Assembly (NCBI GenBank): GCA_043228905.1
Contig: JBHGNT010000015.1
Span: 124,001 to 188,000 of the forward strand
From: Azolla caroliniana
Taxonomy: Eukaryota > Plantae > Polypodiophyta
DNA: 64,000 bases
Reading direction: 5' to 3'
Part shown: positions 1 to 10,305 of the stretch, one piece after another
How positions within the stretch are numbered: position 1 is the first letter of the stretch
How the letters are laid out: every line of letters begins with the position of its first letter
Notes under the pieces: generated by a model
The model's database searches: none
What the model saw: the letters and a program-made list of their open reading frames with translations, nothing else
Told to the model about the DNA's origin: nothing
Translations under genes and position numbers: made by a program

Positions 1-869
1 TCAGCCCGGATCACCTTGATCGTTCAATGCTCCAAACACACATATAAACTAATGGGTATCTTATATACTGTTGTATCCAAAAGTTTCCTGTCTATGTGGG
101 ATATCTTAAAATTCTATTCCCCCATCTTCTCAAGCTTCACACTTACATAACTTGATATGTAGTCCATTTTATATGTAGTAAAATGTGTTCAGAAGCTCTT
201 GAAGACGTCCATCTTTTTATACCAAGACATTAAGCTATTCTAAAATAATTATTTCATTATTTTTCATATCGTGTGTGAAGAACCACACGACGTTCACCCC
301 CACCAAACCTACACATCCACCGGTATGTGCCAAGTGTGGTTCAAGGTCAATCTCCATCATAGATAGTTAGGTTATGAAGAAAGGAAAATATTTGGACAAG
401 GATTAAAGATTTCAACTAGGCGGATGTAAACCACCAAATCCTTTGTCTGAGCTTTGCATTGCCACGACTGGTTGTCATTGCCTCTTCTGCCTTCCCCAAG
501 CATAACCCTTCATGCACCATGCATGTGTCGCTTTCATTTAGATCATCTTCATGGACAAGACACTTCAATCTTCCTTCTTTCGTCAATCCAAGCTTGTCTT
601 TGTTAGGCCTCATCCGAACATCGACTTTGTCTATTCCTTGGAGCCCATGCTTTCAGTACATGCTCACATTTAGGCTTTTAGACGACCAGATTGCATGTTT
701 TCCAGTTTGTCTTTTCTCATGGTATGCTCTCATGTAAGAGTTGACCATCGATGGTTCGATATTCGTGATGGTGTCCTCTTTCGAGTTAGATATTGTGATC
801 AAATCCCAAGGAACGCCCTTCGAATTCTCCTTTGGCCATCGTCGTGCACTATTGTGCTTTGTTTGACCT

Positions 870-1330
870 CTTCATCATATGTATTAGCTTTGACCTTTGC
901 TTCCTCGCCATCACCTTCCATTTCTCCGGTCTTATGTTGGCTCTCGGGCACAATTGCCGAAGCTCTAGAACCGGTGTGGAGGGATTCTCATCTTTATCGA
1001 CTTTTGCCTTTGTCATGTTGTCCATGGCCATCTCTTTGGCTATCTCTCTGTTGCATGCATCATCTTCGGCCCTTGCTTCCTCGTTGCCATTGTCCTTCTC
1101 ATGGGTCTTACATTAGTTAATGCCCAAGTCTCTCGAATCAGTGTGGAGGGATCCATACATTTTCGTAGTTTGTCTTTGCCGTGCTACCCTTAGCTGCTTC
1201 CACCTTGAGGTTGTTTGTATCGGCTTTGACCTTTGTTTCCTCACTGCCACCTTCTGTCTCTTGGGTCTTACATCGGTTAATGCCCAAGTCTCTAGAACCA
1301 TTGTGGCGAAAGTCTCTTCATGGTCACCTT
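870..1330. repeat. Three diverged ~160-180 bp tandem repeats inside the LTR element
   Basis: The pattern gacctttgcttcctc...ggtcttac...gcccaagtctct...gtgtggaggga recurs at ~890, ~1068 and ~1227. Confidence 0.65.
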
Positions 1331-1753
1331 CTACCCTCTTCACCTCAACGTTATTCTCCACGGCTATCTCTTCAAACTCATGGGCCTCATACCCTTTGTC
1401 TTCCTCGATCACGCAAGCTTTTCTCATACTGGCTTCTTCATCACTTGATGTTTCGGACACAACATGTGTTCTGAAATGCTCATCTACTCTCAAAGCGGCA
1501 TTTCCCGCTCTCCAGTCTTCGGCCCTTCTCTTGACCATCGTTCCTCCGTAAGTTGAGAAGGTGGCTTGTTCCACACCTTCTCCCGTGGTACTGTCATACC
1601 GAACCTGGGCCTTCGTATTGGTCGTATCATTACTCTGTATTTGTTGGGAGGTCTCTTCTTCCTTGATCACCATTTGCCTCGGTTTTGGCTCCATTATAAA
1701 CTCCTCATTAACATCGACGTTTAAGTTCTCGAATACTTCTCTCATCAAAGCTT

Positions 1754-2098
1754 CTATGTTGAGTGTCTTCGAATATTCTCTCTTTGAGCTGCTCTCTTCT
1801 TTTGGTGGTGCATGTTGCCACATCTCATCCTCCTTTGATCATCCCTCGTAGAACATGTTGGTGTCGACAAGATTCCCATCTTTCTCTTGCCATGTTGCCG
1901 ATATACTCTTTCAACATAGGCCCAATTTTCGGTGAGGCCATTTGCATCATCATCATCGTCAAGTCGGATTCCAATGACCTTCCTTTCCTTCAGATTTATC
2001 GATTTCACGAACATTAGGACTTTATTCTCCCCCACCAATCTTTGATCCCCCTCCGAGAGTTGAGCAAACAGACTATCGAACTCAATGAACGCATGCAT
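1754..2098 (-). pseudogene. gag-like fragment of the LTR element
   Basis: The motif EFDSLFAQLSEGDQ...LMFVKSI...GIRLDDDDDANGLTENWAYV resembles gag regions of non-seed-plant gypsy elements (from memory, not searched). Confidence 0.55.
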
Positions 2099-3428
2099 GG
2101 CATTTTGGTGGGTCTTTAATTATGATACCCATTGGTCGAACTTGTATAGGCGACACGTGAACTTGAGGCAGGACCCCGGGGCCTCCGACCAGAGGATATC
2201 AGATTCGTGTGTTTATACTTTTAACAATTAATGGAAATGAGAAAATTTAGTAATTTTTCATTAGCAAAGGAAATGAAAATTACAATATATCCCAAGATTG
2301 GGGTTCAGAAGTTTTAGGTTTACTCAGATTAATAGAAAAGAAAAATTAGGGTTTTGAGAGATATGGCTTCCGTAAGGAAAATTAGGGTTTTTCGAGCTTC
2401 CGTAAGGAAAATTATTAGGGTTAGGATTTCTTCAATCCTCGATTTTTCCTTCCCATCTACCTCTATGAGAAAAAAAAAATCTCTCTCCCCTTCTTTTTTT
2501 GATTTTTCTAATCTAGTTGCATGCATCCACACATGACCTTTACTTTATTTGAATGGCCTCCACGTTCAGTTTCATGTGTCCACACATGACCTTTACTTTA
2601 CTTTACTTTAATTCGGAAGCATGATCCTATCATCCGTAAAGTTCAGCTCGTGCATGATTCGTCCGTCTGGTCCGGTCCTTCCCCATCTGTCCAGTCCCGA
2701 CCGGTCCACATCTATCTGCCTCCACATTCAGTTACATGCATCCACATGACCTAGTTTACTTTACTTTACTTTACTTTAATTCGGTTGCATGATCCTATCA
2801 TCTGTAAAGTTCAGCCCGTGCATGATCCGTATGTTTGGTTCGGTCCTTCCCCATCTGTCTGATCTGCATTTGTCCTTCCCCATCCGTCTGATCCCGTCCT
2901 TCCGCATCCGTCTGGTCTCGTCCGTCTGGTCCAAAACCGTTCTAAGCAATTCGGTCTCATCCATCCATCTGAACACTTCAACCCTGATCACCTTGATCGT
3001 TCAATGCTCTGTCCTTCCCCATCCGCCCGTCCAGTCTGCATCGGTCCTTCCCCATCCGTCTGGTCCCATCCGGTCCAGTCCAAAACCGTTCTAAGCAATT
3101 CGGTCTCATCCTCCATCCGAACACTTCAACCCGGATTACCTTGATCGTTCAATGCTCCAAACACACTTACAAACAAATGGGTTCTGGGTTTGCTTATATA
3201 ATGTTGTATCCGAAATTTTCCTGTCTATGTGGGATATCTTAAAATTCTATTCCCCCATCTTCTCAAGCTTAAGACTTACATAACTTGATATGTAGTTGTC
3301 CATTTTATATGTAGTAAAATGCATTTAGAAGCTTTTGAAGACTTCCATCTTTTTATACCAAGCCATTAAGCTATTCTAAAATAATTATTTCATTATTTTT
3401 CATATTGTGTGTGAAGAACCACAAGACA

Positions 3429-4774
3429 CCGGTTACATGCCAGTAGAACTTATGACCGGATAAGCTTCGATAATGCCTACAGAAACCACAATTGCGACAT
3501 GAACAATGCTACCGTGGAAGGAAGAGATGAGCCGAGAATAACTACTAGCGGTCCGGATAGGACAACTAGAAGGAAGACCAAAAGACATAGCGGAAGTGAC
3601 ATGCCAACAAGAAGAAGCGTGATTCTGGAACAAAAGTCGATTCGACACAAAGCACCGTCTATGGCCACAGAAGATTGAAGACGAAGATTGGGTGATAGTC
3701 TACAACAGTAGTTTAGATCATCAACACAACGATATGGAAATTCACTCAAAGGTGGTTCGGACCATACGAGGTTCGAAAAGCATTCGACAACGGACCTTAC
3801 CGACTAAGTGAGCGAGATGGAACAATGCGTCGAGTGCCTATAGCGGGGAAGTTGGTGAAGATTTTCAAGAGGCGAATTGACGATGAACCCTACGTAATCT
3901 TAGACAAACCCGACACAAAGGAGCAATCGGACAACGATCACAAAACTGTAGGAAGAGAGGAAAGTGAGCTAGATGAAGGAGAAGAGTAACAAATACCAGA
4001 AACTTCGGCACATACCAGAGGATGTGCAGGTTCGGAGGGGGTGGTGTCATAGTGTACTTTGTACAATATGTAAAATATGTGTAGAGTACCCGATTGACTA
4101 ACTATAAAGAGATAGGAGAGAATACTAAAATAATTATGTTACATGCATAGGGCAAAATTTGAACCCTATACCTCCATGTTAACAATTCCAAGCCTTACCA
4201 TTGTACTAGCACATTAGAAGTACAAAAAATTTAAATTCTAGTTGTACAAAAGTTCACCCCGCGTGATAAGCATAAAAGAAAAGTTGTTCATGCATAAACA
4301 ATCGACTTAAAAGAAAAAAACATGATAGAGAAAGTTATTCATGTACATCTAGTGTGCATGAACACTTGAGTTAAAAAGAAAAAGTATGATGGAAAAAGCT
4401 AACACATTTAGTGTGCATGAACACTCGAGTTAGAGAAAAAGCATCATGCTTGCATTTAGTCTTTCCCATCACTATATAATGATGGGGAAGCAAATTGTAA
4501 GGGGTTGTTGAATTTTTTTCATAAGGGCTGACTAATATATTCTACTCATGGGATTCACGACTTTTCTATCTATTTCTCTCTTTCAATCTAAATTCATATT
4601 CTTTCCTAAGTATTGATTAATACACTATACTCGTGGGATTCACGAGTTTCCTATCTTTCTTTCTTGCAATCTATTCATAACTAGACTTATCTCAAATTCT
4701 TCCTCCTCCTAGTCCAAAACCCCAACGGTTCCCACCAGACTCACGCAACAATCCAGCGTCAAAAGGCACAGACA
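3429..4774 (+). mobile_element. 3' end of a Ty3/gypsy element: integrase C-terminus, PPT, 3' LTR (4045-4774)
   Basis: ~3740-3875 translates KFTQRWFGPYEVRKAFDNGPYRLSERDG...IAGKLVKIFKRR (GPY/F integrase tail). PPT ggagggggtgg is followed by TGTCATAG at 4045, and the LTR ends ...cacagaCA at 4774. The LTR is homologous (reverse complement) to the solo LTR at 22278-23000. Confidence 0.8.
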
Positions 4775-5865
4775 ACACATGCTTCTTGTATACAAAAACT
4801 GGGGAGAAACAAAAACACACATGTCACTGATAGACACAGTTATGCACAAATTCTTATATATATATATGTACAATAACAGCAGGTTACAACATCGGCTTCA
4901 AGCCGAACGAGCAGACTAGGTTACAACAACCTTCTGTCAATAAGTCTCCAGTTAGGGAGCTCTCGGGCTCGCCGCACCGAATGGAGTCCTTGTCAGAAGA
5001 TAGTGCAGAACGGGAACCCTCAGAGTTTACGAGCTCTAGCCGAACAGAACCCTAACAAAATGGAATCCCCCCAAAACCGTAGCAGACAAATAGTAAGCTA
5101 AATAGTAGAGAAAAACAAAACAGAGAAACGGCAACCAAAAATCGGGGAACCCCCAAATAGGAGACTCTCCCCTCCATTTATAGCCCAAGGAGGGACATAA
5201 GTTACAAAGTCGATCAAATATTCCTCATTTTGAGAGGGGATATTTGCCTTGATTTTTGGAGAGGTACATTAAACACCCTCACTTTCACATCCCCACCATG
5301 TGTGCAAGTGCACTAATGTACACATGACACTTATTCCTCACTAAATCACGTGCATTTTAGCACCCTTAGAATTTTCCTTTTATTTTTGTTTACATTTTCT
5401 AAGGTACATGTGCAATGTTTCACATCCCCCTTTTATTAGTCGCACTTGGGTTTCTCACCATAGCCGAAAATCCTCACGACATCCACCCCCACCAAACCGC
5501 ACATCCACCGGTATGTGCCAAGAAAGGGGAAGAGATCAGATTTTCTACAATGGTGATTAACCGAGTTCCTCCACGCCCTCGTCCGACTTCGTCTTCTACC
5601 TTGAGCATGCCCAACCTTTCCACCCGAACCACTGTAGCTGCCCGATCCACCGTATCTGCCACATGTCCTCGAACCATCGCCTCCATCCAATCCACCATAT
5701 CCGACGCTCGCACCTTCCTCCTTGGCCGGTCATAGTAGACCTCCTGAACAATGTAGTCGATCCGACCGCTCTTCCTTTGTTCACCGTGTGTGTCATCCGA
5801 TTGGACTCCCCACCTCTCCGATCTCATGTCGGATACCATCCCTCGCGCACCTCGTATATCCCTCC
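4775..5865 (-). mobile_element. Remnant of a third gypsy-type element: partial 3' LTR (4775-5481), PPT and 3' internal region
   Basis: LTR terminus ...cctcacgaCA at 5481 is followed by a minus-strand PPT and the same pre-PPT motif seen at 293-334. 4775-4990 matches 31404-31620. Confidence 0.65.
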
Positions 5866-6837
5866 TGTTGGAAATTCGGTCCCTCTGGATGAGATCCGGA
5901 AATCGGATCAAACAGATCCGGTTTCTAATGCGCCTGTCATGACTATATTTGTAAATAGTCCTAAAGTCATATAAAAGGCAACCACTTTGTTGAGATTGTA
6001 GTCGGAGTTAGTTGTTGAGATTTTATTTTTTATTTTTGTTCTTCCATTGAGTGTTTAAAACTCGGTTGTGTCTGAGCACCATTTCTGCTCAATCTGGTAT
6101 CAGAGCGAAGGTTCTAAACCTTGAACAAAATAGAAAATTCATTCGGAAGCATGTTCAAGCTCACCAGCTCCAACTACCCAATGTGGAAGTCGAAGATGAG
6201 GGATATGCTCGTGGTCAAAGATCTCTGGCTACCAGTATAATTCGGGGACAAGAAACCGGACAAGATCGATGCCACGATGTGGGAGGTGATGCACATGAAG
6301 ACAACGGCTTACATACGGTGCTTCATCGACATGAGTCTATACAACAACTTTAATGAAGAGAGCAAGGCTCATGAGCTCTGGGAGAAGATCGGCATTATGT
6401 TTTAGAACAAAAATGCTATTAATCAGGTTTCGGTATTTCGGAAGCTAGTAAGACTCTGGTACCAAGATGGCTCCAATATGGCGGAGCACATGAATGCCTT
6501 CCAGGGGCTGATCCACCAGGCAACATCATTGGAAGTACCTCTTGCCGATGAGGTACTAGCACTACTCCTGCTCGGTTCCCTCCCAGATAGCTGGGAGACG
6601 TTAGTTGTCACTTTGGGCAACGCCGGGCTGGAAGGGAAACGGTTATCCCTAGCAAGAGTGAAGTTGAGCTTGCTAGATGAGGAGGCGTGTCGGAAAGACA
6701 AGGATACGAACTCCGACTCCAAAGCGCTCATTACCGAATCAGAACGCGGAAGACAAAGGAACCGTAGTCCCCAGAACTGGGAAAAGTCGGGGACACGGTC
6801 AAAAGTCAAGGGGGAGGCCTACCTGCTTCTATTGCGA
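5866..6837 (+). mobile_element. Truncated Ty1/copia: 5' LTR 5866-6091, PBS tRNA-iMet 6095-6106, degenerate gag
   Basis: TGTTGG...CTCA is followed by TGGTATCAGAGC. The gag is highly similar to 10810-11500 (MAEHMNAFQGLIHQATSLEVPL...) and breaks off at the CCHC knuckle. Confidence 0.85.
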
Positions 6838-7045
6838 AGTTGGGCGCCGCAGCCATGGCGGCAAAGCTCTATTAGGGTTAAGTTCTTCTTCTTCTTCTTA
6901 ATGTAGCCCGGCTCAAAGCCGGGGTTGTAACTTCCCCTTTGTAATATATATATTCATATCTGTTTGCGCATATTGGTGTCTCTGATGGTGTCGGGTGCAT
7001 AGCTCCCCTCCTTTGCTTCCTGTACATAAGAGTCAGTGTTGTGCG

Positions 7046-7048
<3 letters not shown>

Positions 7049-7104
<56 letters not shown>
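7049..7104. repeat. (TC)n microsatellite, 5' flank of RTEX-like LINE
   Basis: Perfect dinucleotide run. Confidence 0.95.
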
Positions 7105-7108
<4 letters not shown>

Positions 7109-7562
7109 CCATTGTTGTCGTTGTTGTCGTCGTCTGCAGCCGCTGTCTGCTGCCGCTGCAGCCGTCGCCGTCTGCTCTCTCTCTCTCTCTCGCTTCCTCG
7201 CCTCTGTGTAACGGCTCTCTCTGTCGTTGCTATCACCGGTTAGTGTCGTCGTCGTCGTCTGTTGTTGTTGTCGTCAGACGACTACCACTGTCTGCGGCCG
7301 TCGCCGTCTGCTACCGTCTTCTGCCGTCTTCTGCCGTCTGCCGTCGTTTGACGACCGCCGCCGTCACCGTCGCCGTCACGGGGTGTTTCTTCTCCGTTTT
7401 CTCTTGACGTTGTGAAGTGCCATTTTCTTGACGAGTTCGTGGGTGGGTTCTTTTGGTGTGCTCGTCGCGTGCTACAAAATGCCGATGTGATTGCGACATA
7501 CACACAAACTCGGCTAAGTCTCGAACCCATTTATTTTACCTTTTTTTCTTATTGACACCACA

Positions 7563-8375
7563 ATGACGTCTAAACGAACTAAGGAACATAAGGATATACA
7601 AGACGAGGCTATAAGTAAGGAGGACTTTTTAGATATGTTTAATCGTTTAACAAAAATAGAGATGGATATGAAAAAATGGGTGAAAGACACCGAAACCCAC
7701 AAGAAAAAAGATAGAGAGGAAAAAGACGCCCTCAAGGTCGAAATAGAACAACTTAAAGTAGAAAACACTGACCTTAAAAAACAACTTAAGGACATCGAGG
7801 TATCTCGAGAAGACGGTGAAATATCCTCTATAGAGGATATAAAGGACGAAATTAAAAAAGTTAAAGAGGAAGTTAATAATAACATAGAGTTAACTAAAAC
7901 GGGTTGGGTAGATGTGGTTAAAAGAAACATTAAAAAAGAAATAAAAGATGAAAATATTGTTAATACAACCCTTGAAGAAGAGAAAATGCGTCAGGCCCAA
8001 CGCTTAAATGTACGTGTCACTGGGCTCAAGGAAGGTGCATCCCCAAATGAGGACGCACAAACACTTGGGAAAATGTTAGGGTACACAGAGGCCCTACCTA
8101 TCACCAAAGCATGGAGGGTCGGGCGTGACACAACTAGGAAGAGAGCCTTCGTCCTTCAATTTAAAGACTTAGACTCTAGAATCACTTTCTTTAAGAAGAG
8201 ACCAATCCTTCGAGGAATGGATGGGGACCCCATCTATCTCGATGAAGACCTCACTAAGATGCAAATTGAGCATTGCAAGAGTTGTATGCCACGAGTTATA
8301 CAAGCTCGTAAAGAAGGCCATCGCGCCTTTTACCGAGACGGGCGAGTGATCATAAATGATCGCACTACTAATTGA
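7563..8375 (+). CDS. LINE ORF1 protein (coiled coil plus RRM-like region, NVRVTGLKE...IYLDEDLT)
   Basis: Intact 270-aa ORF immediately upstream of the endonuclease ORF, with motifs typical of LINE ORF1. Confidence 0.8.
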   Translation: MTSKRTKEHKDIQDEAISKEDFLDMFNRLTKIEMDMKKWVKDTETHKKKDREEKDALKVEIEQLKVENTDLKKQLKDIEVSREDGEISSIEDIKDEIKKVKEEVNNNIELTKTGWVDVVKRNIKKEIKDENIVNTTLEEEKMRQAQRLNVRVTGLKEGASPNEDAQTLGKMLGYTEALPITKAWRVGRDTTRKRAFVLQFKDLDSRITFFKKRPILRGMDGDPIYLDEDLTKMQIEHCKSCMPRVIQARKEGHRAFYRDGRVIINDRTTN

Positions 8376-10070
8376 CAGTGTGTGGTCCATGTGACAGAAA
8401 ATGCACTTAGGATGACCCTATGGAATTGTAATGGCGCACTCTGGGCACACCCCGGCCGCCTAGAGGAGATACTAAAGGTATCTGATATACTTTTCTTGGT
8501 AGAAACACATCAGAGCCCAAATAGAGGACTCCCACGGGTTGAAGGATTCCGTTGGGAGTCCGCTTATACACAAACCTCACGTCGACACACTACTAGGGGA
8601 TCTAGAGGTGTCGCGATACTGTTTCGTAGAGAGCTACATCATAGGATAGAAATAATGAAGATAGACCCAGAAGCTCGTTTTATGTGGGTGAAAGTCTCCA
8701 CAAGCAAAGACCAGGCAGTATTTTTCGCCATTTGTTACTTTCCCCCAAAAGGATCCCGTTATAATATTGGTGGCTTGACGAGATTAGTCGATGAAGGAAT
8801 GCCACATGGGCCTTCTCCATACGAACCCCTATCGGATGACATAATCCGATATTCTTCCCAAGGAGAAGTATTTCTTGTAGGAGACTTCAATGCGAGAACC
8901 CAATCCCAACAATGCACAGTATTCTAGATGAATAGAAACCTAGAAATGGTAAATGTTGATCCTTTAGACATAGGCACCACACGTAGATCAAAGGATCAAG
9001 GTGCGGACGCCACGAGCTTTGGCCATCATCTGCTCGAACTTGGCAGTCGACACCGGATAGTCATATATAATGCTTTAGCTAAGTGGCCGGGCTCGAAAGA
9101 GCTCACATGTTTCCCACATGGAGGAGGGGAAAGCACAGTTGACTATCTAATAGGGCGCCCTGAAGCTACCCACATGATTAACTCCTTCCGAGTGGCCCCA
9201 TGCCCTATTGGCGCAGACCATAGTTTCTTATACTTCGAGCTAAAATGTGATATCTCTAAGGTCACCAAGTCTAGTCAACCATGCCATCACACCACAATAC
9301 ATTTCACACATGAGCTCTCTGACATATACTCTCAACATGTTCAGGCCCATCTCCCCTCCCTTGATCCCTCCCTACCGTTAGAAAGCCTTAGTACAAAACT
9401 CACACACATCCTTCACTCCGCAGCAGCTAGCAGTTTCCCATATACAAAACACTCAAATCAAGGTAGATCAGGATCAATGCCACAAAATAAATGGTATGAC
9501 GAGGATTGTAGGGACTTACATAGACAACTCAATGGTAGTATTACCTCCATACAAGCCCGCAAGGAAATGCGTAAGATGACACGTCGTAAGAGACGAGCAT
9601 GGGAGGCATCCCAATACTGGGAACTCTACCATATGCTCATGAGTAGCGATTGCGCCACGGCATGGAAGAGACTACGGGAGCCAAGACCACAAACACCCAT
9701 CGAAGATCCCAAAACTTGGCACACATATACAGAGAGACTTTACCAAATCCCAAACCAACCACCCATTCCAATGCCTTCCACACCCCGGCCTACCACAGGG
9801 ACACATTTCACGACCTCTAGGGTCGTGAAGGTCATAAAGAAATTGCAACATAGGAAGTCCATGGACCACACACAAATGCGAGCAGAACACATTATATATG
9901 CGAGAGAGTGCCTAGCTCCCTTGCTAACTCTAATCTTCAATCGTGCCCTTGCGGAGGGTTTTCCACCACAGTGGACTATGAATACAGTGGCCCCCATACA
10001 TAAAGGGGGGCACCCTGTTGGGAGACAGGTCCCTCCGGATGGGAAGGGAGAAGAAACCGGATGAGGAGTA

Positions 10071-10305
10071 CCCGGTATGAACCGGATGAGGAGTTCCCGG
10101 CTACGGAGAGCCGGACGGTGCAGGCCCGGTATGAACCGGATGAGGAGTACCCGGCTACGGAGAGCCGGATGCTGCAAGCCCGGTATGAACCGGATGAGGA
10201 GTACCCGGCTACGGAGAGCCGAATGGTGCAGGCCCGGTATGAACCGGATGAGGAGTACCTGGCTACGGAGAGCCGGATGGTGCAGACCCGGTATGAACCG
10301 GAGGA
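10071..10305. repeat. 54-bp tandem repeat array in copia A 5' LTR
   Basis: The unit ccggtatgaaccggatgaggagtacccggctacggagagccggatggtgcaggc occurs about 4 times. A longer array with extra sub-units lies at ~20449-20755 in the 3' LTR. Confidence 0.9.

Larger units (their letters stand above)
1..3428 (-). mobile_element. Non-autonomous Ty3/gypsy-type LTR element (3' LTR cut by window edge, ends ~292; 5' LTR ~2143-3428)
   Basis: 1-292 is a direct repeat of ~3127-3428, which ends ...cacaagaca. A minus-strand PPT (ggtttggtggggtgaa) lies at 293-308. The internal region carries a gag-like remnant (1754-2098, FIEFDSLFAQLSEGDQ...GLTENW) and an acidic ORF (1113-1823) but no pol. The inner boundary of the 5' LTR is uncertain. 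Confidence 0.75.

Noticed and set aside
2118-2132. Possible degenerate tRNA-Met PBS (gggtatcata)
   Set aside because: Poor match, not adjacent to a clear LTR end, and it lies within gag-like coding sequence.
6995-7530. ORFs rich in SLSLSL, ERERER or poly-V/R (also 13206-13491, 29869-30490, 31264-31767)
   Set aside because: Translations of microsatellites and trinucleotide-rich UTR or LTR sequence.
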